A DNA stretch of 64,000 nucleotides from Schmidtea polychroa (lineage: Eukaryota). The stretch lies in NCBI GenBank assembly GCA_044892525.1, contig CM097885.1, positions 236,284,001-236,348,000 on the forward strand, read 5' to 3'. How positions within the stretch are numbered: the stretch's first letter is position 1; every line of letters starts with the position of its first letter. Below the pieces are notes generated by a model that did not search any database, was not told the DNA's origin, and saw only the letters and a list, made by a program, of their open reading frames with translations. The position numbers and the translations under genes are program-made. Shown here in pieces: positions 22,666-42,113 of the stretch.

Positions 22666-23409
22666 ATGATGTTGTCAGTAAAACAAAAAATGAATTATCA
22701 ATCATTCAGTGAAGAATCTCAAAAATATTTCAATACCATTTGTGGATTATGCTTCGAAGACTGTTACCATTCTAAAAATATGCTTATGCTTCCGAAGTGT
22801 GATCACATTTACCATTTTGATTGTTTCTTTATAAAAATCATTGGCAAATTTTCCCAATGTCCGAAATGCCACGTACAATTTGATGAAACAGTTCTCACCG
22901 GAAACAATGAAATTCAAACCCGAGTTAAACTCAAACAATATCAGAACGATTTTCGGATCGGTCTAAGCTATTACGTCGGTTTCGAGAGAAAAGGATATTC
23001 ATTTATGTTTGCGATTTTCAAGCCGACTTATCCATTCATTATGAAACTCAAAATTACCGACACAAAACATGTTGCATATTGCATGAAAAATAAAATAAAT
23101 GATAACATTTTCCACCAAGAAATATCAAACAAAAAGCTAATGAAATCTTTATCATTTAGTGGGAAATATAAAACTTACACGTTTCATCTAAGACCCAAAG
23201 TAAAAGAAACCGACATAAAACAAATTAAATTTGATTTAATTGAATCAAATATCTTGATCGTGGTTGGCAGAATACTTTTAGTAGACGGCTTAAAGGAATT
23301 CGAGATGCCGGGTATCAATGAAATGATTTCCATTGCCAATGAGGCTTCTAAAAAAGAATGTCCCACATTTCTACAAAACTATTTATTCAGAAGCAGACTA
23401 TTAAAATAA
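22666..23409 (+). CDS. Intronless RING-H2 finger protein, 247 aa
   Basis: C-x2-C...C-x-H-x2-H-x2-C...C-x2-C pattern (CGLC...CDHIYHFDC...CPKC); TATAAATA lies ~23 bp upstream. Confidence 0.75.
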   Translation: MMLSVKQKMNYQSFSEESQKYFNTICGLCFEDCYHSKNMLMLPKCDHIYHFDCFFIKIIGKFSQCPKCHVQFDETVLTGNNEIQTRVKLKQYQNDFRIGLSYYVGFERKGYSFMFAIFKPTYPFIMKLKITDTKHVAYCMKNKINDNIFHQEISNKKLMKSLSFSGKYKTYTFHLRPKVKETDIKQIKFDLIESNILIVVGRILLVDGLKEFEMPGINEMISIANEASKKECPTFLQNYLFRSRLLK

Positions 23410-24804
23410 AAGAAATCTAAGCTGAAAACAAAGTTTATCAAATCTGGAGATCATTGAAGAGAAAGATATATGCAGCGCCCTTTCTCCCATCTAAGAAGCT
23501 TGATATTTAGATTTTCTTTTTGCTAATGTAGAAAGTCCAGTGATATCTAAATATGATATTACGAAGGAAAGCAGCTGTATAATATTCTTCAATTTGATTC
23601 CACTAAAATTGAATTAGAATTTTTCTCTTTTCATTATAAAATCATCTCCATATACACCCTGCAACACAACACGTTTTATTAAAAAATGAAGCAAATATGA
23701 AAATATTATAATGTTTATAATATATTTATTTCATCGACTTTCATGCTAAAAATAACAATACGAGTTCTATTTTAAAATTCTGCTTTTTCCTAATAAATCG
23801 TTTAATAGCTAATAAAAATTCTAACGTAATTCTTTCGTGTCATTTTATTATTTATATAATTTCAACAAATGAAAAGTAATACATACATTGATTTTGTAAT
23901 GAATTTAATATAAAAAAAGTTTTTAGAAAGCAAGTGTTGTAATAAGCATTTTATAGTCACCAAGTAGAGTGTTGAATTGATTGTCAGTGTAAAGTGAAAG
24001 TTATTTGTGATTACCAATAAAGATTTCTGTTGTCAAGTGTTATTTGTGGATCAGTCAAAGACACACTTGGAGTCAGAGTAAGAATTTTAATTTTATCACC
24101 AACCCAATAACCCAACAAATAAATACTAATCAGCAAATATCTGGTAGGTCACAATTTTTGTAATGTTGGTGATCCAAATTATTCAGACTAAGACTTTTGT
24201 CACCTATAAAGTATCTAGTAGACTAGAATTGGGTTTACCAAGCACCCAGAATTTTTGCTTGGGTGTATTCAACTTGAGAAAAAATATTTTTAAGGATCGA
24301 GTTCATTTTCAATATATAATACATAATAAAAATAAAATAGTAAGTACTTTTATATTCATTTTGGATAGGAAGGGGTAAAAATCATTGTATTTACTGCAAA
24401 GGGTGCCGCTTATTTGACACAGTCAATACCGCTGCTTATCAAATTTTATTATCCTGAGGACATAGTAAACTCTTTTGTAGTTAATTCTTTTCAATCAGCC
24501 ATTTAGATAATTTCACTCATTAAAATTTGGCAGACGTCACAATAAATTTAATGATTTTCTTATGGTCTTAAAGGGGGCTCAAGCTATTGAACCCTCGGGG
24601 TATGCGCCTGTGGCAAGCCATTCTTTATTGTTATTTATAAAGCATAATCATTGTTATAGGGTTGTCTACTACAATTCTCTAAAAATAGATTTTTAAATAT
24701 TTTGTTTTCAAGATTTATTTGTAATAAAATTTAATGATCAAAGTTTTTGTTAATAAATTTAATTTATTAATATAATTGCTGTCTGTTATTTATAAATTTA
24801 ATTA

Positions 24805-25050
24805 CAGCTGCAAGATTTAAATACAATAACTTCATTAAATTAATTGTTTCTATATGATTTTCATAAATTTCAAGAATAAGCTGCAAACGACCAACATTCA
24901 TTCCAGTAGAAATAATTTTCTAAAGAACTGCAACACATTTATATGCAAATCAAATAATACAAAAGATTCCAAAAATTCTTATAACACCTGATTTATCGTT
25001 AAAATTCAATTTTCCAAATTAATTTGATAATGATTACTATTAAGTTGCTG
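24805..25050 (-). pseudogene. Pyruvate kinase N-terminal pseudogene fragment
   Basis: The reverse strand reads GIFCII*FAY / KCVAVL*KIISTGMNVGRL...YENHIETI, resembling PK GIICTIGP...GMNVARLNFSHG..EYHAETI; it has stops, a frameshift and no introns. Confidence 0.5.
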
Positions 25051-25506
25051 ATTTTACATCACGCAACTTGACCCATTTGACTTCATTATAATAAATTAAT
25101 AGTTTATCGATGGAAATTGACCAAAAATTCCAAAACAAACTCATAAAATATTTATTAGAATTACCACAAAATTCTAGCCATTTAAAAAAAATTAGTTCAT
25201 CAAAAACTTAATCCAAATAAATAGAGCTAAGGCAAAAAATACCGCTCGTACACACAACGTACACATCAAGACACAATCACAAACATAAAATCACTCCCTT
25301 ATTAAATGCATAAAGAGGAAATGCGCCATAAATTTTATAACAATAATATCGGACCCTACATAAACAAGAATACGATCAGCTTAGTTTTATTATTTCTTTA
25401 ATTAAACCCTTAGAAATGATGATGTTATACAAAAGTAAAAATAAAAATCAAGTTTATAAAGGATTATGTACACCACAAAAAGTTAAATTTAACAAAAATT
25501 GAGAAA

Positions 25507-26029
25507 GGGAGCATCCATTAAGGACGTCCCCTAAGAGGGAGGGGAGGGGTCTCTACAGAGGGGACATATTGGGACAATGGGGTGGATGGAGTCCAAGTGC
25601 TTAGGACATCCTCAGATTAAACCTAATACCTACCCAATCACTGTGGGAGGACGAGTAAACATTAGACTGAAATAATTTAGGCTACTAATTAAAAGACCTA
25701 TATTAGCCTATATTAGCCTATATTAGTTTTATTAATTTTGTTTTAAAAAATGGATTCTCTTTTTAAATTTGGACAATTTTTACTAAAGCTTAAACTATAT
25801 TATGTATTACCAGCAACAAAATAATCTGCCTAATATTATAATTTTATGTTCTAAATTTTGTCTGAAAATAAGGGAGTTCTGTTTTCGGAGGGATGTCCCG
25901 GGGGGTCTCCAGAAGAGGGACATAAAAGTGACAAGGGGAGGGGGGTCTCCAGAAAAGGGACATAAAAAGGACAAGGGGAGGAGGTCAAAAAGTGTTAATT
26001 TTGGGGGGACATCCTTAATGGATGCTCTC
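25507..26029. mobile_element. MITE, PIF/Harbinger-like
   Basis: TIRs GGGAGCATCCATTAAGGACGTCCCC / GGGGACATCCTTAATGGATGCTCTC, with 3-bp AAA on both sides. Confidence 0.8.
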
Positions 26030-27040
26030 AAAGTTAATTAAGTTTAAAAAAATTTATTAAAAATATTAAAAATTTAAATCAATATGGCCAGGTAGCAAAT
26101 AAAATTATAAATATGAATATTATACTTTTAGATTGCTGGTATATCCATATACCATATTATATAAAAATACAAATTAATTAATTACATCAATCATGTCATT
26201 AAGGAATAGAATTTCTGAGCTAGGAAAGATTCTGTCATTTCTTTCAAGTATACATTAAAAAATAAATAATTTATGAGAAGCTTCAGGAGCTTATTAAGGA
26301 GATTTCGGTGATAGATTAATTTAATTGTATATTTTTTAAGTATTAGATTTGGAAAATGAATACATATATCAATTGCCATTTGATCGAAGAATTATTTTGC
26401 AAGGAATTAATTAAATAATAATGAATGTGCAAGAAAAAGCTAAATTTAAGAATATCGTGGCTTGATTATTATGTCGGACTAAATTCGTATTAGTTATTAT
26501 GAAGCAGTTACGTACTAAGCTGCTTGCTTTAAAAAAAAAGAAATGCAGTATCAATTGTGAGTGTTGTCATATAGAAGATTTAATACTTGTGATCATCGTA
26601 CTTCTTGAGTTTTTTCTTTTTGTTATTTGAATATGAAAAAACACACGAAGTCAGATAACAAAATAATTAACTACCGAAACAATTCTAAAAACTCTGCAGA
26701 ATAAAATAACCGACATTGAAAGACGATAAGATTTCCAGCAATATATCGCAGTGCTTATCAAGGGATATTTGTGTATTATTGTATTATACGACCCACATAA
26801 GAGTTCCAAACGAAAGCATATCATCGTGAATTTTTGCTTTTATTTAATTTAACATCTGATTTCTTAACTAATTTAATAACTGTGTTCTCCATCAGAAATT
26901 TTGAAACCGAATATTTATTAGATATGATATGTAAACGAATCTGAACACCGAGTTTGCAGCTACAACATGGAAAAGAGATCGATATCGTGAACAAGCTACG
27001 AAATTATTAGAGAAAAGCCAGTACAACATTATTTTGATTC

Positions 27041-30000
27041 TGTTGGGGTTACACCTCGGTTGACTACTCTACATTATTGGCTAGCCTAAGGGTTGATTGT
27101 CCATCTCGAATAGAAAGCGCTTTCACTTGGCCAACTCGGAGCGGAACCCCACATAACTTTCCTCCAACATAGTGCCCGTGAATTACTTCACGTTGGTACT
27201 GCACTATGCAGGCGAGACACCAGCAAGCAGGTGAGCTTTTACCTTAAACTACTCCTTGCTGAGGCCTCGACTTCCCATTCGCGACTGCCGATAGAAGGGC
27301 TTACGTCCATTTCCTCACACAACCACTTATCAGGATTCGCTGAATGCAAATTGGGAATTTCTCACTAGATCTTGCGGGTTCTCTACCCAACCCACTTAAT
27401 TAAAGTCTAATTATTCATGAACGAAAACATGTAAGACAACAAAATTTATTAATTTCAACGTTATGACACAAGGATTTAGCTGTACACTTTACTAATGTTT
27501 GTCGAAAGAAGAGAAAACGTCATAATCAACATAGATCGGATCCTTGTTATTCATCCTGACCGCCACTGGGGTTTTATTGTTTCTCCCATTCAGTGTCGGC
27601 GAATAACTCGTCTAGGTTAAAAAACTCGGAAGCGTTCTCTTCCCACGTTACGCCAGCGGCTGAAATGATTCGTGCTGGGGGTCCTGTTGTTAGGTCGATG
27701 GACACGTGAGAGTTGCCACCGTTGGTTGAGTCCTCTATTGATGGGATGTTTGGCTTTGTAGTAGCGCGCTCGCGCTGTCTTTTCTTGCGCTCTGCACGAG
27801 AGAGTTGTTTGCGCTTGGGTTTGCTTGAAGATGCAACTTGCAGAAGTGTGACTGCTACGGATGGACTAGCAGTGGGGATCTCACTGGTACCCGTGATGAC
27901 GACATCTGGTCGCTTGGGTGACAGTTCGGTTTCGACGCAGTCTCGACACGGTCTCTTGAACGGTGGAGATGGATTCGAAGAGAGGTTGTGATGAGGCGGA
28001 AAGATGTTATCGGCCTCTTTGATAGGAATCTGCACTATTTTTCGGGTTGTAGCCGCCTGTACGTAAACCTTATGCAGTGCCTCGGATTGTTCTCTGATGA
28101 GGCTTCTCTGGGCACGGCTTTCAGAGATGAGCGCGTCCCGACAATGCTCACTGCGATGGAGCTTCTTTTGAGTCTCCTTCATTTGAGCGGGACTAAACCA
28201 TGTCCCTTCCAGCTCATCTATCTTCTTTTTGTAGCGCCCGATCTGGGCCTGAAGGTCCTTTATAATCGCGTTTTTGTCCGCGCAGGAGAAGCATGGGCGT
28301 AAAGCGGATTTCGCAGCTGGTAACATGTTAGGTGACTGTAAAAGAAACTAAAATAACTAATCTTTAAGAAATCGTACATCTTACGACAGGGCGATTAAGA
28401 TAAACGAGAAAAGAAAACCATTTCCAGAACGATTTAGTCACTACTATTAAGCTAATTATTTATCACGACAATACTAATTCTGGAGCCCATACTACCGCAT
28501 TGACGGATGCAAACAAAATGTTGACTTCAAAATTGAGATGATTTATGGATTACTAAATTAATCTATGAATGTCGGTTTATAAGACATGCTTAATAATTAA
28601 ATAGCACATTTGAATATCCTTTGAAAATACTCTTAATTATTATTTAAAATATTTTCCATTATTATTTAAAATATTCTTATTTATGAACCCGAATAATTTT
28701 ACTTATTATTTTAAAAGTTGTTATCTAATTATCCGCTATATCACTTAACAGGTACCATATCAGGTTATAGGTTCGATGATTTATGCACGTACAGATTTAT
28801 ATGTTAGATTGTAGGACGGCAACGGGGATTTCCATCTCTAGTAGATCTGCGAATCTAAAATTTTTAGAAATTTTTCAGAACATTTTATTTTCATTTTACC
28901 GATGGCATGTCAGATGACTAATTGATGATAGAACTGCTGTGAGTCAACAACTGGGTATTGCCTCATATCTGCTACTATCTACTCGATGACTGATGGTCGC
29001 ATGCTTAACTCGCAATTGTTGTCGTATGGTGGAATTCCTTATTGTGAGTGACTACTCATGAATCGTTCAATCTACTATGTCGGTACACATGTGTCAATTG
29101 TTACCTCCCATCGGCATTTCAAATTATCGATGCATGATATGATGGAATTCACACTGCATTTGTCACCTGGTAGCAATCCTTACAATGAGCGATTATCTCT
29201 CAACATTGTGCTTTCTCGTGTAAATTCTAAATCTGATGTTACTACTCATCGTCAGGCCGGTGTGCTTAATCAATGGGAATTTATCTGTGCTTACAGATCA
29301 TATGGACTAATTCTTAAACGTCAATTTGCCTGATAAGTTTTGTCTACTTTCGATGGCTGGAATTATTTATTATACTTTGCAATTTGCCAATTCTGGATAT
29401 TTCACTTAATGGAGATTTCTACAAATTAATTCACTGCTCTATTTGGATGTTATTTCGGCAATGAATATTCCGATTTGATGCGGTGGTGGTTTTAGAACGG
29501 TAATACTAGTCTATTAATGAGGGTGAATTAAATATAATCGTTATCCTGGATTTATGATTTGGCTTGAATTTTAATGAAAACTATTAACGTATCAGAATTT
29601 TTATATGCCTCAAACTAACTGGGAAGAATCTAGAATTGGTGTCATTATAGAACGAACGAACCTAAAGGTGGAAAGTAGTAAGATGTTGGAGTCAAAATTC
29701 CACGGATCACGACGGTACTGTTGGGGAGTAGTCTCAGGGTCGCATGATCTCTCACGAAAGGAATTAAAGATATAAGGCCATTGTAGATGTAGCGTTCACC
29801 TCAATCACTGTAAATTTCTGCATTCATTCTAGATTCGTGTTACTAATATAAACTACCTTTTTCTCATTTTTTGTCAAATTTTTAGTCAACCTTCAGCGAT
29901 TGGACCCGTGAAGAAGCCTTCACATTTCGGCCCAATCTAGCTGCGTGATTGAAGAACCCCAGATCCGCCAGCTGAGCTCCCGAAGGCACCTCACACCATG

Positions 30001-30901
30001 ATCTGACGTTCCTCAACTCCACGTTACTCCACATTTTAATATCATAAAAAGATACTCCATAAAAATAATCATAAAAATAGTTCAATCGAATTAATACTTT
30101 TAGATCTTTAAATCATTTAACTTATTAAAATTTATTGATCGGGATCAAGTGAAAAGAAAATCAAATGTAACTTTTAAAATTTTAATTATTCAATAAATAT
30201 ACATAGTTATTGTTAACTTTAAAATTAAACAAAACAAATGAAATACAATCCCTTACTGTCGAGTTAAGCTGAATCGAAATATAAGGATCGCCTTCTCCAA
30301 AGTGATTAAATGGTTTCGAATCTTGTAGTCGGTTTCTATTGATAGTTGATTTGATTTGTTTTAGTCGTTGCTGTCACTGAGTACTTATGAGGTTCTCGAA
30401 TGGTTTCTCTGATTTATTGACGGTTTTCTGGTCCTAGAGTCAGTCCTGTAATGTTTTCAAATTAACACTGTTTTATGCTAAAATTTCCTTACCTGTAATG
30501 TTTTCAAATTAACACTGATTTTTATGATTTTGGCGTTGGTTTATATACCAATTTTTCATTTACGCGGACCAATCAAAATTGAGTACCGCTTATTTTATTA
30601 AATTAATTTGTTTTTTCCTATTTCTTTGGGTATTTTACTTATTTTCCTATTTTTATTATATCTTTTATTTATTTCTTAAATTCCTTATTATTTATTGCGT
30701 TTTCCGGTATCTTATTCATTATGTTATTACTTTATTTTTTAATTTTCTAATTTTTATTTTTTGTTTTAATTTTTATATCTTATTTATGGTTTATTTTATG
30801 TCTTGATTTATTTATTCCTAAAATTGGTGGTCTTATTTTATTTTATTCGCCTCTTATCTATCTTATTTTTCGACGATCATTTTTTCCGATTCAGCCCAAC
30901 A
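27041..30901 (-). mobile_element. TG...CA element (long solo-LTR-like) with a 4-bp TSD, carrying an ORF
   Basis: Ends are TGTTGGG...CCCAACA with ATTC on both flanks. It shares two conserved blocks and their order with 39514-41289. Confidence 0.65.
27574..28326 (-). CDS. 250-aa orphan protein with a coiled coil, a basic NLS-like patch and an acidic-aromatic C-terminus
   Basis: Intact ATG-TAA ORF with much higher GC than its surroundings; AATAAA overlaps the stop and recurs near 27450. Confidence 0.6.
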   Translation of the reverse strand: MLPAAKSALRPCFSCADKNAIIKDLQAQIGRYKKKIDELEGTWFSPAQMKETQKKLHRSEHCRDALISESRAQRSLIREQSEALHKVYVQAATTRKIVQIPIKEADNIFPPHHNLSSNPSPPFKRPCRDCVETELSPKRPDVVITGTSEIPTASPSVAVTLLQVASSSKPKRKQLSRAERKKRQRERATTKPNIPSIEDSTNGGNSHVSIDLTTGPPARIISAAGVTWEENASEFFNLDELFADTEWEKQ

Positions 30902-31461
30902 ATTCTATCAATTCCATATTGCAAATTAGATTCCTAAAAATCTAATTGAAATAAAATATGTACCAATATCTCTAGGTTGATCTAACTAATTTTGCTACAC
31001 AATATACCGGAGCTATTCCTCATCCATAATGAATTGGGAACTATTGCTTCTGTTATGATGAATGGAAAACCTTGCACATCACATAAAAATAAGAAGGTTT
31101 GACTTAGCCCTCGTGTATGTCAACTTACGCTGTTTCTAGGATATCTAGCACAACGTAAGAGAACTTGAGGAAACAATTTTTTTTTAATCAGCTTCTCGAA
31201 AAAATAAACGCAAGATTGACTAAATGTTATTTTAAATAAAATGCTTTTTCATCAGTTTTGCACAATTTAGTGGCAGTAATTGAAAAGTAATTAAGTTTTG
31301 TTTTCGTTTCCATTTTAAATATGTCAGATTCTTATTTTCAAATACACCAGAAAAAATCTAGAAACCAATAATTGATGATGAAAATGAAAACCAATTTAAA
31401 AGAAATAAAATAAGTTCAAACTAATTTTTGTGTTTTGTTTAAATATTCTTTATATTTTACA

Positions 31462-37891
<6,430 letters not shown>

Positions 37892-39513
37892 CTTAGTTTT
37901 CCGTTTTGTTGACGGATTTTATGAATTGCATTTACGAATTCACTTTGTGCATCATTTTTTTTAAATAAATATTATTTCTATGCTTATATTATCTTTTATT
38001 TAATACTCTCAATAGGAAAATACTAAATGTTTCATCATCTTTATAATATTGTAATAGATTGTAATAGATTGTAACAAATAGAAAGAAAGATAAATACTAC
38101 TATGAAATGTAATTTTAATGATCTTGAAGTCTATAAGTAATACATTTTTTATCTTCAGATGTACACCAAACGCCACTGAGAACTGTTTCCTATAATATAA
38201 CAAAAAAATCAATAATCTTACATTATAGAAACATACATACTTACTTTGATTTCACGTTGATGTTCTCATTTATAGCTCAGTGAGATACATCTTATACTAT
38301 AGAAATCTGAAAAGTGGAAGAAAAATTAAAAACTGCACACAAGCGCAACACATACTAAAAACACATACAAACTTTTGATTCATCGAAATGCACCGCTGAG
38401 ATACGTTTCTATAATAATTCTATTTTAGATAATTTTTAGAAAAAAAAAGATCGCTGAAAATTTTTAAAAATATATTTTTAATGAAACTTTCAAGATCAGA
38501 TGAAATTGGTTCAATGTCTTTTCAATCCAGATTTGCTTTCCTGAAAGAAACCCCTCATATAGAGCCCAGAAAAAAAATTACAAAAATTATTTTTTCATAC
38601 TAGGCGATTTTGTATTGATGTGATCAGAGGTAAGGTTAAATGAAATATTGTATGCAGTTGTTTAAAAGAAAGGACAATGTTGGGCCTTGATATAAATACT
38701 GCTCGTTTTGAGCGTGTGATGAGTCGTGCTGTTACTCTAAATGGCATGAAATAAAGTTGAAAAGTTTATTTATAATAAATAATTTTTTTTCTACTTTTAG
38801 TTTAATTTTACATTTAAAAAAATATTATTTTATATTTTTCATTTTAAAAAATTATGTTTTTTATTACGATAGCTACAATGATTAAACATTTTGATAAAGA
38901 TGATTAAACATTTTGATAAAGATGATGAAATATTTAGGAAAACCCTATAATCAATGATCAATCTTTTTGTTTTATTAAAAAAATTAACTCTGTTTAAAAA
39001 TTTAACTTATTGATTTGAATTTTTGTCATTAAAATTATTGCTAGCATATACAAAAGCGCATAAATTACGGTAAGTTTAGCCATAAAATAAGGTATACTGC
39101 TACCCCTGTAAAATGTTTTCTAAGTTAATCGAAGGTTATCAGAATTGGCGACATCTTACAGAAACTTTATCTGGACACGAAGTTTCAAAGGAACATATAA
39201 CTTCCATGTGCAAATTATACAGACGTTCTTCAGCATTACATTAAATAGATACAAAATTAGTGAAGCAGACACTCAAAGAAGAGAATTATTGGAGGGATGT
39301 CTTACGAAGGATAGAATCGACAATAAAATTAATTGCAAGTCTCGGTTTAGGATTTAGAGGACATGAAAAAGACAATCTTCTAGTAGAAAAGGCGTGCTTG
39401 GAATATCTAAGTGAATATGACGATTTTTTTAAATTACATTTGGAAACATGGAAATCGTGGACAAGGAAATGTGAACTATTTATCTCATCAAATATGTGAC
39501 GAGTTTAGACAAC

Positions 39514-41289
39514 TGTTGGCGCTTAAGGCTGTGTCATTTTATTTGTAAATGTGTTAGGGATACTTGTAGATGTTGAATCGACTTCTTCCTAAACGCCTTC
39601 ACGACTATAACATCTGTGTACCCATGGCGATGAGCATGTTGGTACTCTACACAATGGCTGAAAATCCATGAGCAGGTGAGCTCTATTACTAAAACTACTC
39701 ATGATATTTTCATTTTCGGGTTTTGGACTGCCGATAGCAGGCCTTACGTCATTATTCATTATCTATTCTAGTGTTAGATTATCGTTATGTCTTCATTTAA
39801 CTGTGGTCCTCATTTCTAGATGTTTTCTAATATTATCTTCAAAGGTTTTGCGCAGGGATATGCACTTATTTTTCTGTTAATAGATGTTGCTCTGCGTTTT
39901 CTGTAATATTTGTGAATATTTAACTTATCCTTCAAAGAAATTTAAGTAGGGATCTGACCTTATTTCCATGTTGCTTTAAATGTTGCTCCATAATTTTCAT
40001 AATAATCAAATTATTCTTCAAAAAATTTGAGCAGAGATCTGCCTGTATTTCTGTTTTAACCTATGTTTCACTAAAGTTACTTACAGCGACGGACCCGGGG
40101 AGAAGCTTCCACATTACGGCCCGAAATCAGCTGCGTGATTGATAAACCAGCATACCCGCCAGTCTAAGCATCCCGAAGGTACTCCACACCATGGTATGGT
40201 GGATCTCAACTCTACGGTAACTATAGTTCATAATCAATAAGCATAACAATTGAAACCAATAAAAATTATTCAAAACTTAAAAACTAAAAATACAAAGATT
40301 TATTATCTTAAAACATTAAATAAAAATTACACATTAAAATAAAATTACCAAATCCAATACCACGATGGAATAAAATCGAAAACTGAGAGCAGCAACAATC
40401 TTGTATTAACGTTAAATGTCTAAACCAAGTGTAATTTCTAATTGAAAATCTAGTTCTTAAAATGAATTTTAAATCAGTATTTATACTGATCTCGATTGTG
40501 CATCCATGCATTCTCTACCACTAGATCCAATCAGAATGCAGTAAAACTTGATTTACTTTTGCATGCATGCATGAGTGTGTGTAATTATTTATTTTTACAT
40601 TTTATAATTTAAAGAATTTAAGCTAATTTCATATTTACTTTTCTTAATTTTAACCATTTAATTCTATAAACTTTATAATTTACATAATGTTAACTAATTT
40701 TATTTTTAATTCTTATTATTTTTAAATATTTAATAAATTTTATAATTTACATAATTTCAACTAATTTTATTTTAACTTTTCCTATCAGTTCTACCGGAAT
40801 TTCTTTAGTTTTAATTTTTAAATGAATTTATTTCTTTATTTTACTTCATTTAATTTTTAAATAAATTTTTTTCTGTTCCTTTTCTTAACGTATGCACTCA
40901 TTGTCATAGCTCCTTCGTATGTAAATGCGAGCCATAACATCCCTAATTAATTTGATTAGGGTCTTTCGTATGTAAATATGACCAATAATCCTTCTTAAAA
41001 TTTATTTTTAGTTTATTATCAATTATTATTTTATTTATTATTCTTTTATTTTTCCAAGTGAGCAGATTCCCAGCATGCGTTATTTTTCTCCTAACTGTGT
41101 TGGTGATTGCAACTTCTTGTATTTCTTTATTTTTTTTATACGTGTTTTATTTATTCTCGCTGTGTTAGGTACTTTATTTTGTATTATTCTCGGTATGATC
41201 ATGGATTTTCATTCAACTTGGTGCAGTTTTTATGTTATGTATTTTCGATTCATTAAAACAAACTCTCAATCTTCTATTCTAGCTCAACA
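39514..41289 (-). mobile_element. TG...CA solo-LTR-like element
   Basis: TGTTGG...TCAACA with TSD CAAC/CAAA. The minus strand has TATAAATAC (~40485), CTCTCAGTT (~40385) and AATAAA (~40300). Removing it restores the hAT frame. Confidence 0.75.
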
Positions 41290-41365
41290 CAAATAATTAG
41301 CGACTCTGTTTTGTTTTAAATAATTGAAGACGTAAAAGCTGCAAATATTTACAGCATTATTGTAG

Positions 41366-42113
41366 TGTTGGGCTAGAAAGGTTCGAAAAGTTAAATAAAA
41401 TTTTCCAAATAAGTTTTCGTGTTTATATTAGGATAAAGTAGTAAAGGTGAAGCGTCAAATGAGGCACCAACATAATATAGATAAAGCATAACGTCAATTT
41501 AAATAAATTTGAAAAAACACCAAATAAACAGACATAAAAAATATAATAAGATAAAATAAAATAAAACAAAATATGTCAAAATATGTCTTATATGTCAATT
41601 GTCTGATATGAATTGTATAATACTATAAGAATAATTAAAAATTTTCACTGAAGCATTTCTTTTCTCTTTTATATAGCAAAGTATTTGATAGGCATGATAG
41701 AAATTTAGTAGTAGTTATTAATTCATTTTATTGATTTTTATCGTTCACTGCATAGACTGAATGTCATGCTGGTCCAGGGCAAAGGGGAAGTCACGTCCTC
41801 TTACCTTACAGACCAGGTGGAAATTCAGGTATGGCTCAGTAGGAATTCAGAGAAGTATTCCACGAGAGGACCGCCCGAATCAATATAGGCTCACCAACTC
41901 CATAATGTCCTCCGATATTGCGTAGTTAAAACAAGACCCGTTTCAAAAGTTCTTTGTCATGGTTAAAATTATCAGGGGTGTTTGGGATATTCAAGTACAG
42001 GTTTGGTATACGTCATAGTCTAAACAAGGAGAGACCTACCATGGATCACCTCATAGACGCTTTGCTTATCGTGATGTCTATAGGAAACGCATTTTCCCAC
42101 CGAACGCCCAACA
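41366..42113 (+). mobile_element. TG...CA solo-LTR-like element (748 bp)
   Basis: TGTTGGGC...GCCCAACA with TSD GTAG/CTAG. Removing it restores hAT SIIVDSTPD. Confidence 0.78.
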
